From Candidatus Latescibacterota bacterium (GTDB taxonomy: Bacteria > Latescibacterota > UBA2968): a stretch of DNA of 64,000 nt. Made by a program: the position numbers and the translations under genes. The notes below the pieces were generated by a model. The model did no database searches. It was given only the letters and a program-made list of their open reading frames with translations, and was not told the DNA's origin. Below are positions 19,139 to 29,389 of the stretch, piece after piece (the first letter of the stretch is position 1; each line of letters opens with the position of its first letter). The stretch is taken from positions 3,392,001 to 3,456,000 of the forward strand of contig OZ242311.1 of assembly GCA_965207885.1 (NCBI GenBank). The letters run 5' to 3'.

Positions 19139-20509
19139 CTAATCCTCATCGTGCCCTTTGAATCCCATGGCTGGGTCGAGAATCTCGCCTTCGCGAACCG
19201 GTGTGTGAGCGTCCCCGGCATACTGAGTCATCTTCTCGAGAATGTCAGAATACTGAGCAGCAACATCGTCCAGTTCCTCAATATCTGTGCTCAAGTCATA
19301 TAACTCAAACGGCCCGTCATTGTCTGGTCTCACGGCTTTCCAACTCCCCATACGAACAGCGCAACTTTTCCGATCCTCCCAGTACAGATACTCGTGCTGC
19401 GCCTGCGTGCGCCCGGCCTCACCGCACAATGTGGGCGCGATCGAAATACCATCAATCTCAGACCCGGACTTCGCCCCCGTCAATTCCGCCAGAGTGGGCA
19501 TCACATCCGGAAAGTACCCCAGATGATCAGAAACCGTTCCCGGCGCGATTTGACCCGGCCACCGGACGATGAAGGGAACCCGTAGCCCGCCTTCATAGAA
19601 ATTGCCCTTGCCCCCGCGGAAGCGTTCGCCCGTCCCGGGATTCAGATTGGGGGCAAAAAAGCCATGCGGATGATTATCATTTGCGAAATAAGGAGCGCCA
19701 CCATTGTCGCCGCAAGCAAAGATGATGGTCTTCTCGTCGATTTTCAACGCCTTCAGCAGATCCATAATCTCACCGATCTGGCGATCGGCCATTTCCATCA
19801 TAGCCCCATACATCTGTGCATCGTGCGGTCCTCTCTGGTTCGTGGCATCCCATTTCACGTCCTTGTACTTCTGCCAGGCCGGATCCGATTCGGGCATCAT
19901 CCACTGGCCGTGCGGAGGCGTCCACGGAAGATAGGCAAAGAACGGGCGATCTTTGTTCTCTCGTATGAACTTCAGCCCTTCTTCATAGATGAGGCCATGG
20001 GAGAACACCTCGCCAGTGTGGAAATCACCTGTATTCCCCTCCAGATACATCTTCTCGCTATTGTGGAGAAGGTACCTCGGATAGTACGTGTGTGCATGCA
20101 CCTGGTGATAGTAACCAAAGAAGGTGTCGAAGCCGTGTTTCTCAGGTACGCCCGTTGTCCCGGCATCACCCAGGCCCCACTTACCAAAGCCACCAGTCGC
20201 GTAGCCCTCGGCTTTGAGCATTTCAGCGATCGTCACATCATCCGGACGCAGCGCCAAACCGCCGCCATTTGCGCGGATCGTTGTGTGGCCCGTATGCTGA
20301 CCTGTCATCAGTGCACAGCGGGTCGGAGCACAGACATTGCCTCCCGCAAGCATTTGAGTAAACTGGATGCCCTCAGACGCCATCTTGTCGATATTGGGCG
20401 TCTGAAGAATCGGATGATCCATGGCGGACCACTCAAAGTACCCCCACTCATCCAGCATGATATAGATGATATTCGGCTTCTCAATGCCTGCGATGTTTTG
20501 TTTTTCCAT
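19139..20509 (-). CDS. arylsulfatase
   Basis: CAPTR, GKWGLG, GDNGG, YEGGLRVP motifs. Confidence 0.93.
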   Translation of the reverse strand: MEKQNIAGIEKPNIIYIMLDEWGYFEWSAMDHPILQTPNIDKMASEGIQFTQMLAGGNVCAPTRCALMTGQHTGHTTIRANGGGLALRPDDVTIAEMLKAEGYATGGFGKWGLGDAGTTGVPEKHGFDTFFGYYHQVHAHTYYPRYLLHNSEKMYLEGNTGDFHTGEVFSHGLIYEEGLKFIRENKDRPFFAYLPWTPPHGQWMMPESDPAWQKYKDVKWDATNQRGPHDAQMYGAMMEMADRQIGEIMDLLKALKIDEKTIIFACGDNGGAPYFANDNHPHGFFAPNLNPGTGERFRGGKGNFYEGGLRVPFIVRWPGQIAPGTVSDHLGYFPDVMPTLAELTGAKSGSEIDGISIAPTLCGEAGRTQAQHEYLYWEDRKSCAVRMGSWKAVRPDNDGPFELYDLSTDIEELDDVAAQYSDILEKMTQYAGDAHTPVREGEILDPAMGFKGHDED

Positions 20510-20538
20510 TGCCCTACTCCCTTCAGCTCATTTCTCTA

Positions 20539-22077
20539 TCACCAGGGATTCGTCGCATCCATCTCCCACTTCACGATGTCGCTCACAACGATGGACCCAT
20601 CCGAAGAGAACACCCGAACCTGATCACTATCCTCTCGCGTTGGATACACCCTCTGAACCATACAAATCTGAGAATTGACAAAAATCTCCATCACTGACCG
20701 ATCGACAAACACATGGAAGCGCAACGGACCTTCGCTTCGCGGTTCGAATGGCACGATCTGCTTCATCGAGCTGGCAGTCTCACCTTCCAATATTGGATAG
20801 GCGAGATCATCTGCGAGACTCGCATCCGAAAAATCAATGACAAATTCCCTCTTCGTCCCATCGTAGGAGATGACGGTCTCCTCCGCACAGCCGGGAGAGC
20901 AAAACAGTTTGAACCCAAATGTGTTTGTATTTCCAGAATCGATGGCAAACTTCAATTCCATACAAGTACCGCTCAATTCTTCGAAAACGAGTTCCTGTCC
21001 AGCCTTTACCCACACCGAATCGACGGGACGTTCGTTGAACCTCAATCTCTGAAGTTCCTCAACCGGACGAATCTCGAGGCGGTTATTCGCATCGGAAATA
21101 AAATGCCATGGCAGCGTCATGATGCTGCCCCATCCGTACTTTGACGTACTCCTCCCCTCGCGGATCCATCCCCAGAAAATTCTCCGACCGCGCCCGTCAA
21201 TCAGAGTTTCTGGTCCGGCAAGAAGACCGCCGAGATAGCTCAGTTGACCGTTCTCTTCAGGGTAAAATTGCTCATTTTCATATCGGCCGATATAATACTG
21301 ACATTTTGAGAATGGCAGATGGGTATGCATCACCAGCATATACCGATCGCCAAACGGAAAGAAATCCGAGCACGCGCAATCCTCGACCTCTTCCGTCCAT
21401 TTTCGATCCGACTTGTAGAAAGGCCCGACATACTTCCAACTCCTCAAATCCTTCGACTTGAACAGACTTGTGCAATCCCCTTCATACCCGGGCCGGTGGT
21501 TCTTATTTCCGATCAGAGCGTAGTACGTATCCCCTTCCTTCCAACCACTCGGGTCGAAAATCACGCATTCCGGATAGGGCGCATCTGGCTTCAGTGTGTT
21601 CGTCACGCGATTCCAGCCTGCATCAATGGGAATAACTGGATTCTCATCGAGCGGAACCCAATGGTCGAGCCGGTCATCGTAACACTGATAAATGCAGATC
21701 CCTTTGCGCGGCATATTGGTGATAATTGTCGGAACCTCACAGCCTTCCATCGCATCACCGCTGTTAAAATAATCTCCCTTTTTGCCTTCAAGCGGCTCTC
21801 GCAGAGATGCTTTGTGGTAGGTCCAGTGAAGAAGGTCCCGGCTCGAAATATGCTGCCAACTGGAAAAATCCCTCTCACCGGATCCATTTGCAATCTTTTG
21901 CAAATACCCGATATGGTATCGCCCCATCCAGTAAATCGCGCCATTTATGTCATTCCATCGACCTTCTGGAGGCAAAAAATGGTATCGCGGGCGGTGTCGA
22001 TCAGCAACCATCTTTTCCCTGGACTCATAGACCTCCATCAAAAAATCGTCATAATTTTGCACACAGTCTCCTTTCAC
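20539..22077 (-). CDS. GH32-family protein with degenerate catalytic motifs
   Basis: RPRYHF, WNDING, FDP, ACSDFF, plus C-terminal beta-sandwich VFVDRSVMEIFVN...RVYP. Confidence 0.85.
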   Translation of the reverse strand: MKGDCVQNYDDFLMEVYESREKMVADRHRPRYHFLPPEGRWNDINGAIYWMGRYHIGYLQKIANGSGERDFSSWQHISSRDLLHWTYHKASLREPLEGKKGDYFNSGDAMEGCEVPTIITNMPRKGICIYQCYDDRLDHWVPLDENPVIPIDAGWNRVTNTLKPDAPYPECVIFDPSGWKEGDTYYALIGNKNHRPGYEGDCTSLFKSKDLRSWKYVGPFYKSDRKWTEEVEDCACSDFFPFGDRYMLVMHTHLPFSKCQYYIGRYENEQFYPEENGQLSYLGGLLAGPETLIDGRGRRIFWGWIREGRSTSKYGWGSIMTLPWHFISDANNRLEIRPVEELQRLRFNERPVDSVWVKAGQELVFEELSGTCMELKFAIDSGNTNTFGFKLFCSPGCAEETVISYDGTKREFVIDFSDASLADDLAYPILEGETASSMKQIVPFEPRSEGPLRFHVFVDRSVMEIFVNSQICMVQRVYPTREDSDQVRVFSSDGSIVVSDIVKWEMDATNPW

Positions 22078-22081
22078 CCTA

Positions 22082-23203
22082 CTACCCGATTGCCCAATTC
22101 GGGCCGTTCACAGGCTCCAATTGCCCGCTATCAGCAGAACGGATTCCAGCATCCACAATGGCCGTTGCATCGAGATTCATGCCCACCTGCAGCGTTTCAT
22201 GCAGAGGCTCACCCGTGTCCAGATGGTGAATTAATTCCTCGGATATCTGACGACGTCCCTGGGGCAGCCTCTCGCACGAATAGGTGACACTCTCACCGGC
22301 CTCTACCTGGACAGTTGGCTTGCCCCTACCTCCCCCTACCACCAACGTGCCTTTCGTCCCATATACGATCGGACCATTCGGCACTCCCTGATGCCTGGTA
22401 GTCCAGGTTCCCTCAAACACGCCCATTGCACGCGAGAACCGGACGATCATCACGCCGTTGTCGTCTGCGTCACCCCACGGGCTATTCAAGTTCGCTCGCA
22501 TTCCGATTGCTGACACGCCAGGTTCACCGATATACCATCGCGCGACAAGGGCTCCATAGGAACAGAAGTCCAGCATCGCACCCCCGCCATCCGACGCGCG
22601 ATGCCACCAGGTAGCGCCCAACTCCCGTTCGGTCATCGCTTCCGCACCTCCGCTCACGCCTGCGTGACTAACACCTGCCCCGAGCGGTCCGCGGTGACCA
22701 CCCCGCCAACGGACTTCGAGTACGCGGCCGATCACGCCTTGATCAATCAGCTCTTTGGCCTTTCTCGCAGCAGGACGCCACGTAATCGGCCAATTCACCG
22801 CCATTGTCACCCCTGCAGCTTCGCAAGCGCGGGCCATCTGCAACGCATCAGACATCGACATTGCCATCGGTTTCTCTACGCATACCTGAGCATTCGCCTG
22901 CGCGCAGGCGGCCACCACTTCCGGGTGGCGCGCATTTTCGGTCGTGCAGATTGCGATGTCGAGCGCTTCCTTCGCCAGCATCTCTCGATAATCTTCGTAC
23001 GCTTTCGGAATCCCTATCGTGTTCAGCGCGTTTTTCATATTCCACCCGCGAGAGTACGGCGCTTCGCGCAACTCGGGAACCGTCGGCACGGTATCCGCAC
23101 AGGCCACCATGTCAACCTGCGAGTGTTGTGCAAACAACGCGGCAACATTGTTGACGTGCATATGTGCAAAACCGATTACGCCGACCCGGTATGTATGGCT
23201 CAT
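22082..23203 (-). CDS. Gfo/Idh/MocA oxidoreductase
   Basis: GVIGFAH, EKPMA, GGGAMLD motifs. Confidence 0.9.
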   Translation of the reverse strand: MSHTYRVGVIGFAHMHVNNVAALFAQHSQVDMVACADTVPTVPELREAPYSRGWNMKNALNTIGIPKAYEDYREMLAKEALDIAICTTENARHPEVVAACAQANAQVCVEKPMAMSMSDALQMARACEAAGVTMAVNWPITWRPAARKAKELIDQGVIGRVLEVRWRGGHRGPLGAGVSHAGVSGGAEAMTERELGATWWHRASDGGGAMLDFCSYGALVARWYIGEPGVSAIGMRANLNSPWGDADDNGVMIVRFSRAMGVFEGTWTTRHQGVPNGPIVYGTKGTLVVGGGRGKPTVQVEAGESVTYSCERLPQGRRQISEELIHHLDTGEPLHETLQVGMNLDATAIVDAGIRSADSGQLEPVNGPNWAIG

Positions 23204-23296
23204 ATCCCTCCTCCTGTTGGCACCTGGTTACGCCTGTAATGAAACGAAATGCTTTCCTTATCCGCGAATCGGTCCCGGATTTGGCTATCACTTCGA

Positions 23297-25036
23297 TTAG
23301 ATCGATAAACAACAGACCCTTAGATAATAGACCCCACATAGCACCTCATCGTCCTTATCACAAAAAACAGAGCGTATAGTCGTTTTGCCCTTTTCCAGAC
23401 TCAAAGTAGCACTTACAGTTGCGTCGTTCTGCCCGACGGCTATCTCTCTATTCTGTCCCTCCACGGCGAGTATTGCCTTCGTTATCGGCAAGCTTATACC
23501 TTCTGGAAAGATGTCATCTTCCGCTCGATATTCATCCAATCCGCCTGCGATGGCGGTCTCTGCTTCAGGCGGCCAGCGACGCATCTCAAAGGTGTACTCA
23601 CCTGCTTTCTCGATTTCAATGTGCCAGTCGCCAAAGATGCGAGCTCCCTGGCGAACAGAACGCTGACGCGTATTATTTACCTCACCTTCGTAATCATCCC
23701 AGTCAAAGAGACACAGATTGACAACTTGCGTGCTCTTTCCGCCCACAGGAAACGCGTTGACCCGCTGAATGCTCGGCTCAACGGAATGCCACCATGCTTC
23801 ATAGTGTTTGCTCAACTCGACCACAATGTCAGGATATTCATTCGAAATGTCATTCTCCTGCGCAGGATCGTTTTCGATGTCGTATAATTCTTTCCCGGAA
23901 ATAAGTCTCCAATTCTGCCAGATAACGCACGCATCACCTTTTTGCGGCACAGGGGGACGCCTGGTGAACTGGACCACGAGTTTACGCTCATTGAGAGCCT
24001 TGCTCTCACCGCCCAGAAGAATCGGACTCAGGTCCATACCATCGCAATAGAAATCTTCAGGTGCATCCAACCTGCACAGGGTCATTAATGTGGGTAGAAT
24101 GTCCTGAACTTGCGTCACTTGCACCAGATCCTGTCCGGGTTTGAGGTTCCCCTTTTGCCAGCGGATAAAACTCGGGACACGATGACCGCCTTCGAAAAGC
24201 GTGCCTTTGCTGCCCCGCATACCTGCATTGTAGTATTCCACACCTGCCGTACCGCCATTGTCGGTCATGAACATCAAGATCGTATTCTCTTTCAGCTCAT
24301 TCTCTTCCAGGAACTCGTCCAGCCGAGTGATATTCTCATCTATATTGGCAATCATACCAAAAAAGCTGGAAAGTTTATGTCCTAAATGCCGATACGGTTC
24401 ACGGTATTGGTCGGGAACATAGTGAGGACCATGAGGACAATTTGTAGGAAGGTAGAGAAAGAATGGAGCCGAAGCCTCGCGACATTCCTCTATAAAGGCA
24501 ATGGCTTCACGAAACCACACATCGGTGCAATACCCCTTAAATTGTCTCACCTCGTCTTTATCCCAATAGTGATCATCGAAATAGTCGTTGTTCCAGTAAT
24601 CCGGCGTCTGCGTAATGGCCGCGCCTTTGTGGTGGATCGACGCATCAAAACCGCGATCATGCGGACGAAAGGGATAATTGTCTCCGAGATGCCATTTTCC
24701 AAAATGCCCGGTCTGATAGCCGTTTGCCCTGAAAATGTCAGCCATTGTTGGGATCTCAGGAAAAATGCACTCATGCCCATAAGCCCAGGAGTATGCACCG
24801 TTGCGTAATGCATCACATCCGGTAAGGAGTTGACTGCGAGTAGGCGTACAGATTGGCGCCACATGGAAGTTGTCCAGGCGGACACTCTCCTCACGCAGCT
24901 TGTCCATGCCTGGCGTTTGAAGTTCCGGATTGCCATGGCAGGCCAAATCTCCGTAGCCCTGATCATCGGTAAGCAGGATAATCACGTTTGGTCTATTCTC
25001 TTCCACGAGTAAAGCTCCCGGAAACGGTTCTTTCAT
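23297..25036 (-). CDS. arylsulfatase with C-terminal extension
   Basis: TDDQGYGD, CTPTR, GKWHLGDNYP, TDNGG. Start overlaps the upstream stop (TAATG). Confidence 0.93.
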   Translation of the reverse strand: MKEPFPGALLVEENRPNVIILLTDDQGYGDLACHGNPELQTPGMDKLREESVRLDNFHVAPICTPTRSQLLTGCDALRNGAYSWAYGHECIFPEIPTMADIFRANGYQTGHFGKWHLGDNYPFRPHDRGFDASIHHKGAAITQTPDYWNNDYFDDHYWDKDEVRQFKGYCTDVWFREAIAFIEECREASAPFFLYLPTNCPHGPHYVPDQYREPYRHLGHKLSSFFGMIANIDENITRLDEFLEENELKENTILMFMTDNGGTAGVEYYNAGMRGSKGTLFEGGHRVPSFIRWQKGNLKPGQDLVQVTQVQDILPTLMTLCRLDAPEDFYCDGMDLSPILLGGESKALNERKLVVQFTRRPPVPQKGDACVIWQNWRLISGKELYDIENDPAQENDISNEYPDIVVELSKHYEAWWHSVEPSIQRVNAFPVGGKSTQVVNLCLFDWDDYEGEVNNTRQRSVRQGARIFGDWHIEIEKAGEYTFEMRRWPPEAETAIAGGLDEYRAEDDIFPEGISLPITKAILAVEGQNREIAVGQNDATVSATLSLEKGKTTIRSVFCDKDDEVLCGVYYLRVCCLSI

Positions 25037-25725
25037 TACTTTTCTACGGGGGGCCACAAATGCGTCGACACCCCACGCCTGGGTTCACCTGTTGTATTCC
25101 CACTCGTATAGTGCAGGGTCCGTCCGTGGTGAAAGGTTGCATCACCCGGTTCATACTCTACCACCACGGCCTGGCTTTCGTCCACAATCACTTCCAGCGC
25201 ATTGTTAATCGGATTTTTGTGTTTCGCACTGATGTGTTCTGCAATCCCTTTCAAGTGACTGCCGGGAATAAACTGTAAAGACCCCATTTCCTTTGTCGCC
25301 TTAGACAAAGCCAGCCAGCACGTCAGCGCCCGATGGTTCGCTTCACCCGGCCAACCATATCCCGCATCCTGGTGCCACAATAATTCCACCTGAGAGTGAG
25401 GTGGTTTGTAAATTAACTGATCGTACCGATAGTCAATATCCTCACCCAGCAACTCCTTTCCTATCTGCACAATGCGCTGTCGATATTCATGATCTTCCCA
25501 CCCAGGTATCCTCAATGAAGGATTGCCAAGTTGCAGCGTCTTACCCGGTGCAATGCGGTCCTTCCAGGCCGGCACATCAAACTCATCACGAGTCGCCCGA
25601 TCATAATCTCGTGCCAGTCCAGCAACCATCTCTTCATGAATCAGGTGCCGCACCACAACAAACCCATCGCGATGAAAAATATCGATCTGCTCCTGCGTCA
25701 GAATTCGCTCTGACATACCTATCAC
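25036..25725 (-). CDS. PhyH-family Fe(II)/2OG dioxygenase
   Basis: WHQD, IPGSH, HHGRTLHYTSGN...RR motifs. Confidence 0.9.
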   Translation of the reverse strand: MIGMSERILTQEQIDIFHRDGFVVVRHLIHEEMVAGLARDYDRATRDEFDVPAWKDRIAPGKTLQLGNPSLRIPGWEDHEYRQRIVQIGKELLGEDIDYRYDQLIYKPPHSQVELLWHQDAGYGWPGEANHRALTCWLALSKATKEMGSLQFIPGSHLKGIAEHISAKHKNPINNALEVIVDESQAVVVEYEPGDATFHHGRTLHYTSGNTTGEPRRGVSTHLWPPVEK

Positions 25726-25769
25726 ACCTTTCTCAAAGATATCACATAGATCATGATTCTATGGTTCTG

Positions 25770-26957
25770 TCATCTGGCAGACTCGCCCCGGTTGCGTTCC
25801 CATTCCTCAACGCTCATGTCCCCGGCGACGATGTGGCTGTTGTCGCCGATGCGGTCTGGATGGCGCAGTTCCGGTTGATCCACAAACCTGGCGCGCAACG
25901 CCTTGTGTTGGTTCTCTGGCTGTAGCACATCCTCCTCGCCCTCGGCGAGGTGCCGATACAGCAGCTTCAGTTCCGGGGAGAACCTGGCGAAAACCTCTCG
26001 CGGCACGTAGGTCCTTAGTGTGTGGCCGCCCGAGTGCAAGTTGCCAAACTCATTCCCAGACAGCCACCATGGCGCATATCGGCACACCACCGCCGTGCGC
26101 TCGTGTTCGCTCTGGTTAAGCCCGGTCGAGTGCCAGCTCCTTGTGTCCTGCATAAAAACCGAGCCCGCCGGGGCAGAGACCTGGAATTCTCCTGGAATTG
26201 ACGCACGCGCGTCGATGCCGTCGTCGGGACCTCGCGGGTTACGCGGGTCTTTGTGCGACCCCGGCACGATCCACGTGCCGCCGTTGAACGGGGTCACGTC
26301 TTCCGGACCGAGGTACCAGACCGTGGATAGTGCCATGCAGACGTCGGGGAAGGGCTGGGTGACTGCGCCGCAGTGCTTCCAGGGATGCTCGCTGTTTGGA
26401 CCATACGCGCTCAGATCGTGTGGCCAGTCAGAATGCCAACCGCGGTGCTTAAGCTGCTGCTCGGATAGCGGTTTCTTAGCCGGTCGCGACGACTTGTTGA
26501 CCTCCGTCTGCAAAATACGAATGTGCGTATCGAGCATGGCTCTGGCAACCCGCAGTACGCGAGGCTCCGCGAGGTACTCGGCGAAGGTCTCGCACCGCGC
26601 GATATCGCACAGTTCGGCGTGCGGTGCCATAGGTGGCCGCACCGGGTCCTCGCGCCATCTTTCGAAGCGCTCAGGGCTGTCGTCGATCTCGGCATCGGGG
26701 TCTCTCTGACGCTCTATCTCTATGCGCTTGCGGCGCTCCGCCTCGCGGTCCTGTTGCAACAGCTCGCGACCCCGGTGCACACTCTCGCGCACCGCGTCAA
26801 CCTGATCTTTGGGAATCACCCGCTCAATGACGCAGAAACCCTGGGTTCGCAGCGATTGCACATACCCCTCAATCTCTGCATCGTTGGGAATGCCCGTGCC
26901 GATGGAGTAAGGGACGCGCAGCCGCTCATCTAAATTTAAGTGTTTTGACATAATCAA
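25770..26957 (-). CDS. PhyH-family dioxygenase (WHSDxPHDL type)
   Basis: WHSDWPHDL, NGGTWIVPGSH, DTRSWH, RYAPWW. Visibly GC-rich. Confidence 0.88.
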   Translation of the reverse strand: MIMSKHLNLDERLRVPYSIGTGIPNDAEIEGYVQSLRTQGFCVIERVIPKDQVDAVRESVHRGRELLQQDREAERRKRIEIERQRDPDAEIDDSPERFERWREDPVRPPMAPHAELCDIARCETFAEYLAEPRVLRVARAMLDTHIRILQTEVNKSSRPAKKPLSEQQLKHRGWHSDWPHDLSAYGPNSEHPWKHCGAVTQPFPDVCMALSTVWYLGPEDVTPFNGGTWIVPGSHKDPRNPRGPDDGIDARASIPGEFQVSAPAGSVFMQDTRSWHSTGLNQSEHERTAVVCRYAPWWLSGNEFGNLHSGGHTLRTYVPREVFARFSPELKLLYRHLAEGEEDVLQPENQHKALRARFVDQPELRHPDRIGDNSHIVAGDMSVEEWERNRGESAR

Positions 26958-27059
26958 CTCACTTGGTTTAAGGGTTTAAAAAAGCTGTGGCAGATGTATA
27001 ATCTTCTTGTTCGGCCATATTTGGTTCTCTGGTTGAAAATGAAAAACTGGAGATGTGGC

Positions 27060-27851
27060 TCAACGAATCGGTCCTGGATAAGAACACGCCATCCCATTGC
27101 GGATGAGCATTCCCCGATCGGCCTGATTCGCCTTTTCAGCCATCTCTTCGCGAAACGTGATCATAACACCGCCCCATCGCGTGCGATCGCTCGGATTCGG
27201 TGGACTCATATGCCACATATGCGCATGCCAGACCACCGCATCGCCCGGTCCCAAGGGCACAGGTTCAGGCGTCTTATCCTTCAAAAGCTCACGCGGAATC
27301 TCTGGGTGCAACCCATTATACTGCACATGTTCAATCACATCGCCTTTGTGGGCGCCTGGCATCACATGCAAACACCCATTCTCCAGATCGACAGTCTCCA
27401 GAGCCACCCAACAATTAAAATGTTCGCGCTTGTGTGGCCTGATGCCACGCGAGGCATCGCGCTCCCACAACCAAATGTCCTGATGCCAGGGAACCGATTC
27501 GCCGATTCGAGCCTGCTTCGTAAAAAAACGCGTGCCTTGCACGCGAACATTCTCACCCAGAAAGCGTTGGTTCATTGCAATCACATTCTCTGCTGTCAGC
27601 CACTCCTCCCAAAGCACCCGGCTATGAAGGTCCCGATCGCCCACAGCCCATACCGCCGCATCACCGTCAACACCTGTGTCATCTGCGCGATCAGTGGTCA
27701 ATCTGAATCCTTCCGGCTTTTCTGCGATGACCCGTTCAAGTTCACTTCGCACGGCCTCAACTGCCTGGGCTGTAAGCAGGTTTCGAACCACAAAATAACC
27801 ACGTTCTTCAAACTGCGCCTCTGCATCTTCGGGGATATAAAACGCACCCAT
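27060..27851 (-). CDS. PhyH-family dioxygenase (MGAF type)
   Basis: PWHQD, ENGCLHVMPGAH, WHAHMWHMSPPN motifs. Confidence 0.9.
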   Translation of the reverse strand: MGAFYIPEDAEAQFEERGYFVVRNLLTAQAVEAVRSELERVIAEKPEGFRLTTDRADDTGVDGDAAVWAVGDRDLHSRVLWEEWLTAENVIAMNQRFLGENVRVQGTRFFTKQARIGESVPWHQDIWLWERDASRGIRPHKREHFNCWVALETVDLENGCLHVMPGAHKGDVIEHVQYNGLHPEIPRELLKDKTPEPVPLGPGDAVVWHAHMWHMSPPNPSDRTRWGGVMITFREEMAEKANQADRGMLIRNGMACSYPGPIR

Positions 27852-27935
27852 ATGCTACTCCTTCCTGGCGGTTGTACCATCTACAAGGGTATCCTAACTG
27901 TTCACGAATTTACTCGCCCAAATTCTATTCTTTCT

Positions 27936-29330
27936 CTATTCCGACATATCATACAACGCGACGATATAGGGATGGTTGGGATCGTACGTCGTGAGTGGCT
28001 TAGGATTTTCTACCCGACCACAGGGACGTTGGTTCGCACCGGTAACGCCAGTGATGTCGTCGCCCAAATCCTCGCGGGCCGATTCCGCCGCATCTTCGAG
28101 CTTCTGAACCACGTCAGGAAGTTCGTCGTACTTATTGTCTGCCTCCCCAATGTCGGCATCCAAATCGTACAACTCTTTGAGATGGAGATGCAGCTTATAG
28201 TCGCCACTCCGTATCGCATCAAGATTGCCCTCCTTGAAGTACAGAAATTCTTTGTATCCAGATGATGCGCCAGCTTCCTGCGTCATGAGCCCCAGCATCG
28301 TATGACCATCTCGAATGACGCCATCTTCAATATCGGCTCCAGTTATGTCAGCGAATGTCGGCAGAAAGTCCATCATGGTGCAGATCTCGTTACAGATGGT
28401 GCCTGCAGGAATTCGTGCAGGCCATTTCATAATGCAGTTCACCCGCTGACCGCCTTCCCATGTCGATCCCTTGAATCCACGCAAGGGTGTATTAACGCTC
28501 TTGCTCGCGCCACCATTATCGGATACAAAGATAATGAGTGTATCGTCCGTCAATCCGCACCGTTCAAGCTCGTATTCGAGCATCGCCAAACTCCAGTCAA
28601 TATGCGCGACTGCTGCACCGAGGACGCCGTTCTCAGATTGTTTTTCGAAGACTTCCGGTACGAACAATGGGTTGTGTACATAGGTATGCGCGAAATAGAG
28701 AAAAAACGGCCGACCAGCGTTTTCTCGGATGAACGTCACGGCCTCCTCGGTATATCGTTCCGTAATGGAGGTCTGATCGGGCTGTTCTTGTACCACCACG
28801 CTATCCCGCACGAGAGGCAGGGGAGCCTTGATATGTTGCGCCCAGGCTTTTTTAGGCCTCCGAGTTTGAAGCCCCATGTCGTTGCTATACGGTATCCCAA
28901 ACCAGGAATCGAGACCATAATGAGCAGGTAAAAACTCAGGCTGGTCTCCCACATGCCACTTTCCGATCATTTTTGTCGTGTACCCACCCCCCTTCAACAC
29001 CGACGCAATCGTCTTCTCCTGGGGGTTTAACCCCTCTGCCTGCCCAGGAAACAACACCCCACGTTTTTCGATGACCTCTCCTGAACCATCGTTTTTTCGA
29101 ACGTCGAAAGCATGCATGTTAAGCCTTCGAGGGTATGAGCCAGCCAGCATAGCAGCTCTGGAGGGGGTGCATACTGGAGCGGCAGCGTAGAAATCGGTGA
29201 ACCGCATGCCTTGTTCGGCCAACCGGTCGAGCGCCGGTGTCTTATTGAGCGTTGATCCATAACAGCCGATATCGGCGTATCCTAAATCATCGCAATTTAT
29301 CAGGATGATGCTCGGGTTCTTTTTTGACAT
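27936..29330 (-). CDS. arylsulfatase A-like sulfatase
   Basis: DDLGYAD, CTPSR, GKWH, PYSNDM, SDNGG motifs. Confidence 0.93.
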   Translation of the reverse strand: MSKKNPSIILINCDDLGYADIGCYGSTLNKTPALDRLAEQGMRFTDFYAAAPVCTPSRAAMLAGSYPRRLNMHAFDVRKNDGSGEVIEKRGVLFPGQAEGLNPQEKTIASVLKGGGYTTKMIGKWHVGDQPEFLPAHYGLDSWFGIPYSNDMGLQTRRPKKAWAQHIKAPLPLVRDSVVVQEQPDQTSITERYTEEAVTFIRENAGRPFFLYFAHTYVHNPLFVPEVFEKQSENGVLGAAVAHIDWSLAMLEYELERCGLTDDTLIIFVSDNGGASKSVNTPLRGFKGSTWEGGQRVNCIMKWPARIPAGTICNEICTMMDFLPTFADITGADIEDGVIRDGHTMLGLMTQEAGASSGYKEFLYFKEGNLDAIRSGDYKLHLHLKELYDLDADIGEADNKYDELPDVVQKLEDAAESAREDLGDDITGVTGANQRPCGRVENPKPLTTYDPNHPYIVALYDMSE

Positions 29331-29389
29331 GCTTCACTCCAAGTAGGTTGGCATGACAAGAAACAGGTATGTCAGAAACGACCATTCCA

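Noticed and set aside
26994-28265. 423-aa + strand ORF, and other long antisense ORFs such as 19664..20623, 21319..22287 and 37786..38736
   Set aside because: These are shadows of well-supported minus-strand genes and carry no recognisable motifs.
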